A stretch of DNA of 39,952 bases from a virus. Lineage: Duplodnaviria; Heunggongvirae; Uroviricota; Caudoviricetes. The notes beneath the pieces are model-generated. The model was not told the DNA's origin. It saw only the letters and a program-made list of their open reading frames with translations, and did no database searches. The stretch lies in IMG/VR virus record IMGVR_UViG_2880384115_000007; one strand, 5' to 3'. This document shows positions 8,176 through 18,936 of the stretch, piece by piece (the first letter of the stretch is position 1; the number at the start of each line of letters is the position of its first letter). The translations under genes were made by a program, and so were the position numbers.

Positions 8176-8468
8176 GCTCTTTTTCTGAATGATAGCCATT
8201 CGAAAAATGATGACATTCCACCGCAGACAATAGCAAAGATGATCCCACCAAAGAAGAGAAGGCCAGCCTGCCACCACTCCCACCGCCATACATCCACAGC
8301 GCCAACCATACCAACAATCGCTCCAACAAATGGAATATAGCTCACGATGAAAGCAATGGGGGCTGCAATTATCCAGTGCAATCCCCACCATGATTCAAGC
8401 CCAGCCATAATTGCTGCCAACTGAAAAAGACCAACGACGATATAAACAATGAATCCTATAGCTTGCAT
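8172..8468 (-). CDS. Small integral membrane protein (hypothetical; superinfection-exclusion candidate)
   Basis: 98 aa, almost entirely hydrophobic with Trp-rich loops; AGGTGA RBS; sits between internal virion genes and the moron island. Confidence 0.5.
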   Translation of the reverse strand: MQAIGFIVYIVVGLFQLAAIMAGLESWWGLHWIIAAPIAFIVSYIPFVGAIVGMVGAVDVWRWEWWQAGLLFFGGIIFAIVCGGMSSFFEWLSFRKRA

Positions 8469-8663
8469 GTAGTCACCTATTTACCCAGTAAAAATCAGAG
8501 GCCTCCCCTCAATAAGGCTTGCAACAAGAACTACTCCCTGCACAACAAAGATGAACCAGCAAATAGCTTGAGTCTGAGGGTTAAGAAAATATTTGTAGCG
8601 GTCAATAAATAACAGCCCACCAGAAATTATCACACTCAAAATAATTAAAAACACAACACTTCC

Positions 8664-11138
8664 TTATTGCGGAGTGACATCCTGAGGTCGCCACCAGTAT
8701 GTCTGGTTAAACTCTTTCTTCGAACGTTGCTCCATTTTACGCAAATAGCCTGGTGAAAAATACTCCTGCATCTGGTTAAAGATCATGTGATCAAGAGCTG
8801 CCTTCAAGTACCAGAGATTCGCACCTGGCATCAGCCCTTTCCCAAGTTTCACCAGATCACCACCAGTCTGCTCGTTCTTCCCTTCCACAGCATTTAATGG
8901 TATGCCCTGAGCTATCTTCACTACGTCATCAACCAGGCCAGCTACCGGGCCAAGCATCGACGCCAGCGCGCCGCTTCCGTACCTAGTGTGATCTGACAAT
9001 AAAAAGTCACCGTAAAGGCCAAGACCACCACCTTTCAGTAGAGCACCAAGCCAAAATTTAGCAGCATCTTCTCCTGTCATCTCGCGAGGATTACGACCAG
9101 ACGCAAGGTCGTTAAGTTGCTGCGACAAAGCGCCAAGAATGGTCGTACTGGCAATAAACGTCGCAATATATGCCGCACGCCCACCAGCAGACGGCATACC
9201 CATAGCGCGTGACCAGTGACGCATAACCACCGAGATAGGGAACGATTTAAACAGGAAAACACTTCTCGTTAATTCACCTTTCCATGTTCCACGCTGAATA
9301 CCAGAACCGGTTATCAGTTGCTCACGTGCTCCCGGTGTAATAACAGCCATATCAACTTCTTCAGTTACGGCACCGAGCAGTTTACGCATTGCCTCAAATT
9401 TCACGCGTTCAGGCTCACCAAGATGTTTAACTGCTGAATCAGGGATACGCATAATGCTTTCCGGTGTCAGCATCGTATTATTACCGTTCCCCCAGTCCTC
9501 CTGTTGCGCCAGCTTCCATACGCTCCAGTCTGTGTCAGTAATCCCTTTACTTTTCAGGATACGAAAATCAGAGTCATCGAGGCTACGAAGGTCTGGTGTC
9601 CGTGACACTACTTCTCCCAGGCTTCCCATCATGGTTACGCCATAGGCGCGCTTGTGCGCATCTGACCATGCTGTAAGCCCACTGGCACGCATTACCGCCG
9701 TTGCCGCCCAACGAGACACAGACGGCCCCATATTATCCATCGCCCAGCGGTTAACGCTGCCAAGTAGAGATTCCATCGCCAGGCCAGCGCGGCGCGCCCG
9801 CGCAAGCTCAGTACGGTTCGTTGGGTCCATAGCTTCAAGCTGGTTGCGGAATAACTGGTTCATTGGAAGGTTGGTCACCTTCGCAGACAGATACATGGTT
9901 CCAAGATCAGAGAACGATGATAGCAACGCGGATCCGAGTCTGCTGGCAACCAGCCAGTTGCGGATATTGTCAGACCATCGCGCGATGTGCGGATTCGCTA
10001 CAGGCTGTGTCTTTCCGGAAATAAAGTTGTACAGATTCTCTGTGTTGTTCGCCAGCCGCTCGACTTTACCGGTTTTACTCGGGTTAGCTGTTGCCGTTTC
10101 TGCCTTCACCTGATCAAGAAGAGAGCGGAAAACATGATCGGGGTTTGGGCCATATGTTTCCACCAGTGCAATATCTTTACTGATACCTTCCAGGTAACCG
10201 ACCATGATTTCCCATAGAGAGCGATCGCCATAAAGTTGCTGATATTGCAGATATGAATCTGCATCTTTGAAATGTATCTGTCGTGATGCATTACCACGGT
10301 TAGCACGTGCGCCGGAAATTCGCATGCCGGTATCAGTAAGCTTATTCAGCCCACCAGTGGCGATTGTGTTATAAGCTTCTCCAAGAAATGCAGACAACTC
10401 GGCATCGTTCATCAGTTGTCCATCGGCTCGGATATAATATTTGCGATCCAGCTTACCTATAACATCGCTAACCCACTTATCCTTTGATACCGCCCCAACC
10501 TTTTCCATAGAATGATGTTGAGGGATCCCCCAGTTTTCGAGATAGCCAATGTCCCCACCAGCATCATTAAACCGGCGGCGCAGTAGCTCTGTCACTTCTC
10601 TCCACGCCTTAGCACCTTTTCTTGCTTTAGCATTGCCAGTATTTTGCCCCCGCATTTCATATACCAGGTCACGTACGCCCGCTTCATCTTCAAACAGACC
10701 AAAAAAGCGAGGATCAACTGCTTCGAATGCCTCCTGCAATTGACTCAATGCATAATCACGGGTGGCTTTTGTTCTGGATTCAACAGAGAGGAAATTCGAT
10801 TTACCGTCTGCATTAAAAGCAATAGTACGGTTAAGAGCGCCAAGTTTCCCATCAGCCCCTTGATAGCTATTGATAAATTTATCCAATCTCTGACGTGCGG
10901 CTATAGTGAGGGCCACACGACGTTTCTTTAATGCCGCTTCTCGCTGTAATTCTTCAGATGCCAATTGTGCTGCACGATATAGCCGCTCTGATTCGGAAAG
11001 TTGTCTCCACGACATCGGGTCATCACGAGCAATAGAGCGCATATTTCGATAAATGCGGTCTTCAATGTTCTGTATTTCTCGCGCCGTTAACGTGCGCTGC
11101 GCCGCCTGCTGGACCGCTTGTATACATTCCTGTCTCAT
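8664..11138 (-). CDS. Large internal virion / DNA-ejection protein
   Basis: 824-aa ORF last in a run of three large genes after the tail tubular genes, matching the internal-core gene positions of T7/epsilon15-type podoviruses. Confidence 0.55.
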   Translation of the reverse strand: MRQECIQAVQQAAQRTLTAREIQNIEDRIYRNMRSIARDDPMSWRQLSESERLYRAAQLASEELQREAALKKRRVALTIAARQRLDKFINSYQGADGKLGALNRTIAFNADGKSNFLSVESRTKATRDYALSQLQEAFEAVDPRFFGLFEDEAGVRDLVYEMRGQNTGNAKARKGAKAWREVTELLRRRFNDAGGDIGYLENWGIPQHHSMEKVGAVSKDKWVSDVIGKLDRKYYIRADGQLMNDAELSAFLGEAYNTIATGGLNKLTDTGMRISGARANRGNASRQIHFKDADSYLQYQQLYGDRSLWEIMVGYLEGISKDIALVETYGPNPDHVFRSLLDQVKAETATANPSKTGKVERLANNTENLYNFISGKTQPVANPHIARWSDNIRNWLVASRLGSALLSSFSDLGTMYLSAKVTNLPMNQLFRNQLEAMDPTNRTELARARRAGLAMESLLGSVNRWAMDNMGPSVSRWAATAVMRASGLTAWSDAHKRAYGVTMMGSLGEVVSRTPDLRSLDDSDFRILKSKGITDTDWSVWKLAQQEDWGNGNNTMLTPESIMRIPDSAVKHLGEPERVKFEAMRKLLGAVTEEVDMAVITPGAREQLITGSGIQRGTWKGELTRSVFLFKSFPISVVMRHWSRAMGMPSAGGRAAYIATFIASTTILGALSQQLNDLASGRNPREMTGEDAAKFWLGALLKGGGLGLYGDFLLSDHTRYGSGALASMLGPVAGLVDDVVKIAQGIPLNAVEGKNEQTGGDLVKLGKGLMPGANLWYLKAALDHMIFNQMQEYFSPGYLRKMEQRSKKEFNQTYWWRPQDVTPQ

Positions 11139-11143
11139 TTAAT

Positions 11144-12946
11144 TTAACCTCTCAAGAAACACGCCACAGCGACATCAAACAGGCTGGAATCCTGTATTGC
11201 CTGCTCACTTTCCCTGTTCGCTTCATCCAGTACTTCACGCGCGCTGCGCGATTGTGGATTACCATCATCATCCAGCACGGTGATTATCATGTCAGGTGAT
11301 TCAAGCAGCGAGTCTTCAGCTATGCGCAGATCAATATCTCCTGCCTGATCCGCCATCATTTTTTGTTCTGCCTGTTGCAATATTTTATCAGGCTCAAAAG
11401 GAGCTACTTCGTCTGGCGTCCTGACCTCTGCTGTTTTATAGAATGAAACAGCCTGAGCATTAAGTTCACTTTCTGCCTGCTGTCTCCGAGCCAGTTCTGC
11501 TCGAGCTTCAAAAAACTGACCGCCAGGCTCATGCGGTGCCAACGCGTTACGAGAAAATTCCAGGCGTTCTTGTGCCTGCCGGATTCGTTGGTCAATATCG
11601 CGAAGTCTGGCCTGTTTATCTGATCGAGCACGAGACAAAGCTTTACCGCTACCGGTTGGCTCTTCTGCAAGAATTTGTGCACGCTGTTCAGTGAGATTTT
11701 CAATAATTCGTTGGCTATTAGCGATTTCAGACTGGTAAACCTGTCTATCTCCACGCGGCAAAAGCTGCGCGGCCTGTTCTTCAAGCAACCGATTTTCTAT
11801 AGCGCGCGCCGTTACTCCATCATCTACAGATGACAGAGCCTCATTAACTGCCTGAGACAGCAGACTCTTGCGCCCAGGAATTTCACTGAAAGATGCAGAC
11901 TCAACAATGCTGGCAACGTCTACAGGTCTCCCCTGGCTAACATCAGACATAGCTTTTCGCAGAGCCTGAATGTGAGAATTGCGCGAAAGCACGTTGATCG
12001 GCACGCCGGGAGAAATATCAATTTCAGCATGATGAGCGGCATTCGCCGCCAGTGCAGCATCGACATCAACTGGTGAAAAATTGGGGGTGCTTGTAGCCTC
12101 ACCGCGAGAGTTAATAAATCTGCCGACACCACCAAACGCCACCCCAAGAACAGCATCAATAGCAATTGCCTGTCGATCCAACACATCATACTGGTTAGCC
12201 ATTTCGTTATAGCCACCATCACGAAGCGTTTTTGCAGTAAGCCCACGCTGTGCCATACCGAACGCAATATTTGTACCTGCGGCATAGGCAATATCTGGCG
12301 TTGCACGTACTGCTGTTGCTGCGGCGCGTCGCACTGAACTTTCACCCGTCCGCGCAAGCTGAGCCGCCACACCTTCCGCCAGCGCACCACCAGCACGTAA
12401 CCAGAGACTCATAGGGATCAGTGTTCCGGCACCAGCAGTAATACCCTGCACTAATCCCGCTTCCTGCGCCGTCCTGAAATCAACACCCTGTGCTGTCAGC
12501 CGTTCAAACTCAGAAAAACCCTGTAGCGAAGTTACCGCCGCAGCACCTCCGACCGGACCACCGAGCGTTGTACCGATAACAGCCTGCCCGCCCATATCGA
12601 ACAACCCATAAAGAACCTGCCCGGCGGTTCCGGTTGTCGCGGCATCAGGCGTCAGCCGCTTAACCTGCTGCTCTGCTAGTTTTCTCTGCTCGGCAATGTA
12701 TGAAACTGAAGTGTCATTGAGCGAGGTGTTTTCGTTAACAAACCGAGCAATCGGGGATACGATTTTATCCATCCCTGCCCAGAGCAACTGATCTGGCTTT
12801 GCCACCAGCCCGGAGTACAAACCAGACAATGCCGCTCCTACAGCATTGTCGAAAAAACCAACATCGCTGTTAAAGCCAACTGGATTTGATGCTGCTTCGT
12901 CAAGCTGCTGATTCTGGTTTACTGGATTAAGGCCAAAGTAACTCAT
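11144..12946 (-). CDS. Internal virion / ejection protein
   Basis: 600 aa, Ala/Gly-rich with C-terminal coiled coil; overlaps the upstream gene stop. Confidence 0.55.
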   Translation of the reverse strand: MSYFGLNPVNQNQQLDEAASNPVGFNSDVGFFDNAVGAALSGLYSGLVAKPDQLLWAGMDKIVSPIARFVNENTSLNDTSVSYIAEQRKLAEQQVKRLTPDAATTGTAGQVLYGLFDMGGQAVIGTTLGGPVGGAAAVTSLQGFSEFERLTAQGVDFRTAQEAGLVQGITAGAGTLIPMSLWLRAGGALAEGVAAQLARTGESSVRRAAATAVRATPDIAYAAGTNIAFGMAQRGLTAKTLRDGGYNEMANQYDVLDRQAIAIDAVLGVAFGGVGRFINSRGEATSTPNFSPVDVDAALAANAAHHAEIDISPGVPINVLSRNSHIQALRKAMSDVSQGRPVDVASIVESASFSEIPGRKSLLSQAVNEALSSVDDGVTARAIENRLLEEQAAQLLPRGDRQVYQSEIANSQRIIENLTEQRAQILAEEPTGSGKALSRARSDKQARLRDIDQRIRQAQERLEFSRNALAPHEPGGQFFEARAELARRQQAESELNAQAVSFYKTAEVRTPDEVAPFEPDKILQQAEQKMMADQAGDIDLRIAEDSLLESPDMIITVLDDDGNPQSRSAREVLDEANRESEQAIQDSSLFDVAVACFLRG

Positions 12947-15456
12947 TGCGGAATATCTCCGGAGAATCTCTGACGCTTCTGTGTCAGATCAAGAACAACG
13001 GGAGAACCATCATCTTTTAGCAGATAACCAGTACCAAGTTTCACCAGGTACTGACTATCGCCGTAACTTTGCAAACCATACTGACCAGGCGGTGTTTTTA
13101 TCCCTGTGCCAACAACTTGTTCATTCCAAGCCTGATTAACCTGCTTATCGAATTGCTCTGCAGACATTCCCCACGGCAAAAGAACATTCCCCATTCCGTT
13201 ATAGTCATGCACGCCACCTGTAGCTACGTTAACAGCCTGTTTCCAGATATCATTGTCAATTTCGCCTGATACCACGCCTTTTTTCGCCATCACACCAGCG
13301 TAATAGTCCTTTGCGATCTCGAATGCCATTGATGCCCCCTGAGCATCACCAGCAAATGCATCCTTCACCATGTCAGAAAACTCAAGGCGAAGATCAGCAT
13401 CTTTAGGCATCGGAATACCTTTCGCGTCATCAGTACCTTTACGAGCCGCCGCGCCAGCAAGAATTGTCTGCGCAGCGGTTTCTGGAGACACGGAAACATC
13501 CGGATTAAACCAGTTTTTTTCTGCCAAAATACCACCTGGCTTATCCATCAGTATCCCGGCAACGGCAGCAGATGGAGCGTTGGCACTGATCTGCTGTAGT
13601 GCTGACATATACACCTGCCCACCACCAGTGCTCTGCCTGATGGTATCGAGATATGCTGCCTGTTGGGAAACGGGCGCATCACGAAAGAAAACACCGATCT
13701 GATTGGCCTCGTCTTTGGAAAAGAACGTCAGTGGAGTGCCATATGACTTAGCAAGGTCACTGACCTGAGCAGCACGCAAGGCAACGCTCTGTCCAAAGTT
13801 ATCCTTATTGCTCATGTCGATAGGCTTTGCCTGTCCGGCGGCAAGAGAGAACTGCACAGGATCCGACTGCCGCTGCTTTATCACCTGATTTGCAGCCGAA
13901 ACAACGTTGTCATAAAGAGCTGCGCGTGCCGCATACCCCTCCCCTGTCTCACCAGTATCCGGGCGTAATTGCTCAACATATGCTGTAATGCTGCTTGTCG
14001 GCATGTTGCGGAAAGAGCCTATATACTGTCCGGCTATCTGCGTATTTCTGAACTCGGTATATCGCAGGTTTCCTTCTCTGACGCCATAAGCTGCAATAAA
14101 ATCAGCCTCACCAGGTGGATTAGGAAATTCAACGCCACGCATATACGCAGCCGTCGCATCGCGAACCTGGCTGTCAATCATCGTTTTATATTCAGCCTGC
14201 TGCTGCCGACGCAGTTGATCCGCCTGTCGCATATAACTTGCCTGCGCCTCAGGAGATGCCGCATCGAATGCTGCATTACCAGTATAGCGTTTGGTGTTGG
14301 TTGGAATTGTTGATAAACCAAGTGCTGCACTGACACCAGCAGTTAACTGCTGATCACTGTATGGCTGGCTACCGTTCTCATGATGGATAATGGCTGCACA
14401 AAGCGCCTTCAGGGTATCAGGATTTGATGCATCGAGAGGATCATCAGCAGAAACGCCAAGTTGTTCGCACACCGCTTTGATATACGACATAGTGTCATTT
14501 TTATCAGCAGGCGGTGCCCAGCGATTAATTATCTCGCTGACGGTATCAATACCCTGCCTCTGATACGACATCAGGTTCCGCCCTAATGCACGAATCCCGT
14601 GTTCAGGTGTTTCGAATTTAGCAAATCGACCATCATCACCGGTCTGGCCTACCCACGGATTAGTTTTGCTGTATTCGAGATTTCCTGGGTTATTGTTGCG
14701 TATGCCACGGGCACGCTCGGAAGAGTCACTATCTGCTACAGCACGGCGAGCTCCAGCAGCAGTATCACTTAACTCGCCATTACTTTGGATGAATGCGGTC
14801 GCATTGTTTGCCGACCACTGGGACAATGCAGCATCAGCAACCTTCTCTTTAAACTCGATTTTCTTGGCCTGGATTTGCTCGTTGCTCCAGCCATGTGCAA
14901 CACCGTACTCCTCAATTTGCTGGAAAGTTTGCTTGTTAGCCAATACGTATGCGGCGTTGTCGCCATACAATGCTGCGGCATTTTTACCATTGTTCAGCAG
15001 TGTCGCCTGAAACTGGCCTTCTTCGTAGGCATTAATTTGCCCTATCTCGTGTCGCCCGGCCTGCGTAGTGAACTGAATGCGCTGCTGCTGCGCCTGCTGC
15101 ATGAAAGCATTACGAGCCTGTTCATCCGGCAGAGACATAGCCAGTTGTTCGACCTGAGCATCAAACTGCTGCGTATACTCATGGCCTTTTCCAATAGCAT
15201 TTTTCCCTTTCAGGTTAAGCAATCCTGTTTCAGGATTATTCAGCAGATCGCTGCTTATCTGACTGAGGTTAAGAGATGCCTCCTGAGCCAGAGCGATATT
15301 GGCACGCTGTTTTGCCTGCCCCAAAACATCAATTGCCTCTGTCCCTGCCCGAACAAAAGCATCACCAATACCTTGCTGAGAAAACGTCTGCAAGCCTGCT
15401 GACTGAACTCCACGACTCTCAACCTGACGTCCGGATACTGTTGGTACGACTGGCAT
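12943..15456 (-). CDS. Internal virion protein with conserved RNNNPGN-motif domain
   Basis: Start moved to ATG 15456 (MPVVPTV...) with GGAGG RBS and TAATG overlap with the upstream stop; conserved block ARGIRNNNPGNLEY...GIRALGRNLMSYQRQG; the track's longer N-terminus overlaps the upstream gene. Confidence 0.55.
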   Translation of the reverse strand: MPVVPTVSGRQVESRGVQSAGLQTFSQQGIGDAFVRAGTEAIDVLGQAKQRANIALAQEASLNLSQISSDLLNNPETGLLNLKGKNAIGKGHEYTQQFDAQVEQLAMSLPDEQARNAFMQQAQQQRIQFTTQAGRHEIGQINAYEEGQFQATLLNNGKNAAALYGDNAAYVLANKQTFQQIEEYGVAHGWSNEQIQAKKIEFKEKVADAALSQWSANNATAFIQSNGELSDTAAGARRAVADSDSSERARGIRNNNPGNLEYSKTNPWVGQTGDDGRFAKFETPEHGIRALGRNLMSYQRQGIDTVSEIINRWAPPADKNDTMSYIKAVCEQLGVSADDPLDASNPDTLKALCAAIIHHENGSQPYSDQQLTAGVSAALGLSTIPTNTKRYTGNAAFDAASPEAQASYMRQADQLRRQQQAEYKTMIDSQVRDATAAYMRGVEFPNPPGEADFIAAYGVREGNLRYTEFRNTQIAGQYIGSFRNMPTSSITAYVEQLRPDTGETGEGYAARAALYDNVVSAANQVIKQRQSDPVQFSLAAGQAKPIDMSNKDNFGQSVALRAAQVSDLAKSYGTPLTFFSKDEANQIGVFFRDAPVSQQAAYLDTIRQSTGGGQVYMSALQQISANAPSAAVAGILMDKPGGILAEKNWFNPDVSVSPETAAQTILAGAAARKGTDDAKGIPMPKDADLRLEFSDMVKDAFAGDAQGASMAFEIAKDYYAGVMAKKGVVSGEIDNDIWKQAVNVATGGVHDYNGMGNVLLPWGMSAEQFDKQVNQAWNEQVVGTGIKTPPGQYGLQSYGDSQYLVKLGTGYLLKDDGSPVVLDLTQKRQRFSGDIPQ

Positions 15457-16001
15457 TATAATCCTCCGGGTAATCTGGTTCCTGCTGCTGCCCCGATTGG
15501 CGCAGGAGTGCTTTGAGTAAACGGACTCCACGTCCCACTAAACATCTGGTACGCACCGTATGCCTTCAGAGGCGCAGTGAGCAATGTTGTTGCTGCTCCC
15601 ACATTCCCCTGTTTACGGGCTGAACTGGCTTCTGCTTTATAGTTGGCAGCCTGAACCTGATAACCGTAAGCCTCGCGTTGCGCGTTATTCACCGTCGTCA
15701 GCGAATCAAGAGCGCCAAACTGGGCAGTGTCGCCAAATATATCCAGCGCGTTACCGGTAGATAAATCGGCGCCGGTCGCCCCCATTGTCGCCGCTTGAGT
15801 ACCAAGCCGCTGTCGGGTCTCTCTGCGCCGTTGCTCAGCTTCAGCGTTACCTCTGTTTATTGCATCATTTGCCTGAGCAGTGGCTATATCTGCGTTCGCT
15901 TCTGCAACCTTCGAGGCATACTTTCCCTGTTGGTACTGGGTGTATGCCTGAATGCCACTCATGGCGAGCATTGCGCCACCAGCAATAACCGGATCGCACA
16001 T
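15456..16001 (-). CDS. Small internal virion protein (Ala/Gly/Gln-rich)
   Basis: 181 aa low-complexity helical protein in the internal-core position; translationally coupled to both neighbours. Confidence 0.5.
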   Translation of the reverse strand: MCDPVIAGGAMLAMSGIQAYTQYQQGKYASKVAEANADIATAQANDAINRGNAEAEQRRRETRQRLGTQAATMGATGADLSTGNALDIFGDTAQFGALDSLTTVNNAQREAYGYQVQAANYKAEASSARKQGNVGAATTLLTAPLKAYGAYQMFSGTWSPFTQSTPAPIGAAAGTRLPGGL

Positions 16002-16465
16002 TATTTTCTCTCCATGTGAAATCTGTGGAAATTAAGACCAAGAGCACCATAAGGCGCGGCTTCTTCAAGCCTGAATCCAAGCCAGTGCAGCCATGCTTTG
16101 GCAACATGGTTTCGCTCGTCGACGTAGTTTTCCAGGCGCGGATAAACTGCCAGCATCTGCTGCAATACAGGTCGGCAGTGGCGAAGAAATGTCTTCTGAT
16201 ATTTTTCAATACGGCTGGTTCCGACCAGCCAGGGTGTACCATTGCCACCGATCATTGACGCCGGAGATACACCAAACATGGTTACCAGTTCTCCGTTCGC
16301 GAACCCTGACCAGGCCATAGTCGCAGTGCGAAGACCAACACGCAGCGCATCTTCGGTAGTCATCAGCGATACCGCATACAGTTCGTCAATATCAGCCTGA
16401 CGAACATCCGGCAAAATCATCTGAAGATGCTCTTCGGTGGCGGGAATAATTCGAACATCGATCAT
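16001..16465 (-). CDS. Hypothetical virion-associated protein
   Basis: 154 aa; coupled between the tail tubular B-like gene and the internal virion genes. Confidence 0.45.
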   Translation of the reverse strand: MIDVRIIPATEEHLQMILPDVRQADIDELYAVSLMTTEDALRVGLRTATMAWSGFANGELVTMFGVSPASMIGGNGTPWLVGTSRIEKYQKTFLRHCRPVLQQMLAVYPRLENYVDERNHVAKAWLHWLGFRLEEAAPYGALGLNFHRFHMERK

Positions 16466-18936
16466 CAGAATCCCCCAACAGTAAGACGAGGAATAACGGC
16501 AAGAACAGACAGCGGCAACGGGTCAAGCTGACGGATTCTTACACGTCCGTTTTTGCCCCAGTTACTGTCCAGTTTCACTTCTACTTTTCCGGTAGCGTCA
16601 TCAACAGGATCATCGTAGAACTCGAATTCACGCTGTGGATATTCGTACCATTTACCGCCGGGCGTAGTCGCCCAGATGCCGCGACTGGCATTCACAACCA
16701 GAGTAACGGAGGGGATCACCTGTTTTTTGTCCAGCAGCGTTTCCTGTCCGTTAATGTTGATATCCAGTGTTTCGAATTCAGCAGTTATTGGCAGACCGAT
16801 GTGCACTACAGCCCCCGGAGATTCCAGCGTGACGGCACCTCCGGAAACCACTTTCTGTGGCTCCACGTTCGCATCAGAGAGAATGTTTACGGTCTGGCCT
16901 TCAAGATGAGACAGGCCTCCAAATGTCCGGCGCGCCATCTGCCAGTTCGTGGTGGCCACATTCCTGAGGGATGGCGGGACGTTCCTGTTAGCACGAACCA
17001 CTACAGCGGTATTGCTGGTTACAGAAATAATGTCGCAACGTAATTCTTTTGACACCTCATCACCAGTATCAGGATCAGTTCCGGTATAAGGGAACTGTAG
17101 TTGCGCGCCGACATCACTACTGGTGAAGTACGCACCACCAGAAACACTGATTGTATATTCCGCGCGGTAATCCCATTCACCAGAACCACCAGTGATGGTC
17201 ATCGTTCTGTCAGACGTATTTCTTCCATCATAGCTAAGGCCAGAATCAACAAAGAAAGCATCTTCATCGCTGGTAAATAAACGGCTGGACAGTCGCTCGA
17301 TGTATCTCACTGTTTGCCCGTTAACGGTTCGGTTAACGACGAAATACACCGCATCTTCATTTCCTTCGCTGATACTGCATGTGCTTTCATATTTTCCGGT
17401 ACTGGATTGTGGTGCCCATGCAAAAACCTGCTGATCACGCAAATAGGTCATCACCAGTAATTTACCGTCATCACGAATGCAGAAGGCGCTGGAGTAAGGG
17501 ACAATAGAGAAGCACCAGTCAACAATACTGTGCTTCTGAAAAAGATGATTGGCAAGGATGGTCAGGTCGTTCCCCTGATAGCCGTCAACATCGAATGAGT
17601 AGGCCAGATCACGGACAACACTGCCTTTCTCCTGGACGAACAGAGCAATATTCGCCACGGCAATTGGTGGGACATTGCTCGAGCCATTTGATCCCTGAGA
17701 GCTGAATGCAAATGATGATGGGGTAAGCACTTTGTTCTGGTCGCCAGTGATGACGTACTCACCTCCGGAAGTCAGCGCCACCAGCGAACCAACATCAATC
17801 AGGTGACGGATCTCATTAACCTGACGCCCGGCATAGGTGTAGATAATTCTGTCGTCATCCTGCGTAGGATTGCTTTTGCCAAAATCCTTATAATCCCCGG
17901 TACGGCTGGCCCAGATAGTCTGAGGAAACGCAGTCGATGCGGCGAAGTAAAGACGTTGTTGATAATAAACAACAGTGCCAGGATAACCATTAACACTGTT
18001 CCAGGCATATTTAGCCCATTTATAGCTGGCATTATCCTCGCCAACTACCTGCGAAGGGATATAGGAAATCACCTCGGCAGTTGCAGTAGTTCCATTTGCA
18101 GCAGTGATACGGGCAATGCCAAAACCACTGTGCAGATATTCCCACTCAATGCCAGTATCATCATCACCGGATCCGCCCCAGCCATCCCATGATGTGCCTT
18201 CTGTATGCGAAGGGCGCAAAGTACCTGTTTTGCCTGCGTTAACGGCGCGATAGTAGTTACTGTCTGCTCGGCGAATATCGCCAATCGACGTACTCTTACT
18301 GGTTTCCCATACCGGCACAGAATCCACTGCAGGCTGTTCCAGATAGAACAATTTGCCTACCTGCTCCGCGCCAAAAATAGAGGCGCTTGCCGTTAGCGTA
18401 ATTGTCCCGGTGCTGGCGCTGGCATAAACCGTCACTGACTCGTCAATATTGATATCTTCAAATGGTCCGTTCTTCGTTACCACATCAACCAGTTGCCAGT
18501 TGTCATGCGCATAGCGACGCAACTCTTTCGGCGGGTATGCCGGATGAACAAGCGTAAGCACGTCGGCGCTTTGCGTGAATTTAATTCGGAACAGATCGGC
18601 TTCAGTATATGGCGTGGCAATTTCATAAATAACATTGCTGCTGTTCAGCACCAACGCACCATCTTTGATAACGCGCATGTACTGGTGTCCGAACTCCAGA
18701 GCATAGGTCTGAACCGTCGAGAACTGGAACGGGATCAGGCGGCATTTCCGATTTGGGTATTTGGCGGCACCGACAAAACGCGTACCTGGTCGATTCTCAA
18801 CGCCGCCATACTGCCGCACGATAAAGTTATCGCACTTGCGCAATGCCACCTGGTACTTCGCCATGTCAATACGCCCGTACAACGACGGTCCAATCTCACC
18901 ACCGGCAAAGCTGGGCTGGATCCAACTGATAGCCAT
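16465..18936 (-). CDS. Tail tubular protein B-like (nozzle)
   Basis: 823 aa; N-terminus (ISWIQPSFAGGEIGPSL) resembles T7 gp12-type proteins; follows the tail tubular A-like gene as in T7-type podoviruses. Confidence 0.55.
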   Translation of the reverse strand: MAISWIQPSFAGGEIGPSLYGRIDMAKYQVALRKCDNFIVRQYGGVENRPGTRFVGAAKYPNRKCRLIPFQFSTVQTYALEFGHQYMRVIKDGALVLNSSNVIYEIATPYTEADLFRIKFTQSADVLTLVHPAYPPKELRRYAHDNWQLVDVVTKNGPFEDINIDESVTVYASASTGTITLTASASIFGAEQVGKLFYLEQPAVDSVPVWETSKSTSIGDIRRADSNYYRAVNAGKTGTLRPSHTEGTSWDGWGGSGDDDTGIEWEYLHSGFGIARITAANGTTATAEVISYIPSQVVGEDNASYKWAKYAWNSVNGYPGTVVYYQQRLYFAASTAFPQTIWASRTGDYKDFGKSNPTQDDDRIIYTYAGRQVNEIRHLIDVGSLVALTSGGEYVITGDQNKVLTPSSFAFSSQGSNGSSNVPPIAVANIALFVQEKGSVVRDLAYSFDVDGYQGNDLTILANHLFQKHSIVDWCFSIVPYSSAFCIRDDGKLLVMTYLRDQQVFAWAPQSSTGKYESTCSISEGNEDAVYFVVNRTVNGQTVRYIERLSSRLFTSDEDAFFVDSGLSYDGRNTSDRTMTITGGSGEWDYRAEYTISVSGGAYFTSSDVGAQLQFPYTGTDPDTGDEVSKELRCDIISVTSNTAVVVRANRNVPPSLRNVATTNWQMARRTFGGLSHLEGQTVNILSDANVEPQKVVSGGAVTLESPGAVVHIGLPITAEFETLDININGQETLLDKKQVIPSVTLVVNASRGIWATTPGGKWYEYPQREFEFYDDPVDDATGKVEVKLDSNWGKNGRVRIRQLDPLPLSVLAVIPRLTVGGF

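Noticed and set aside
8481-8639. Possible 52-aa membrane-peptide ORF downstream of the 824-aa gene
   Set aside because: Only GTG/TTG starts with no RBS at usable spacing; the hydrophobic reading frame could be a composition artefact.
12943-15531. Long 862-aa form of the internal virion protein ORF
   Set aside because: It would overlap the upstream gene by 76 bp; an in-frame ATG at 15456 has a strong GGAGG RBS and a TAATG junction with the upstream stop.
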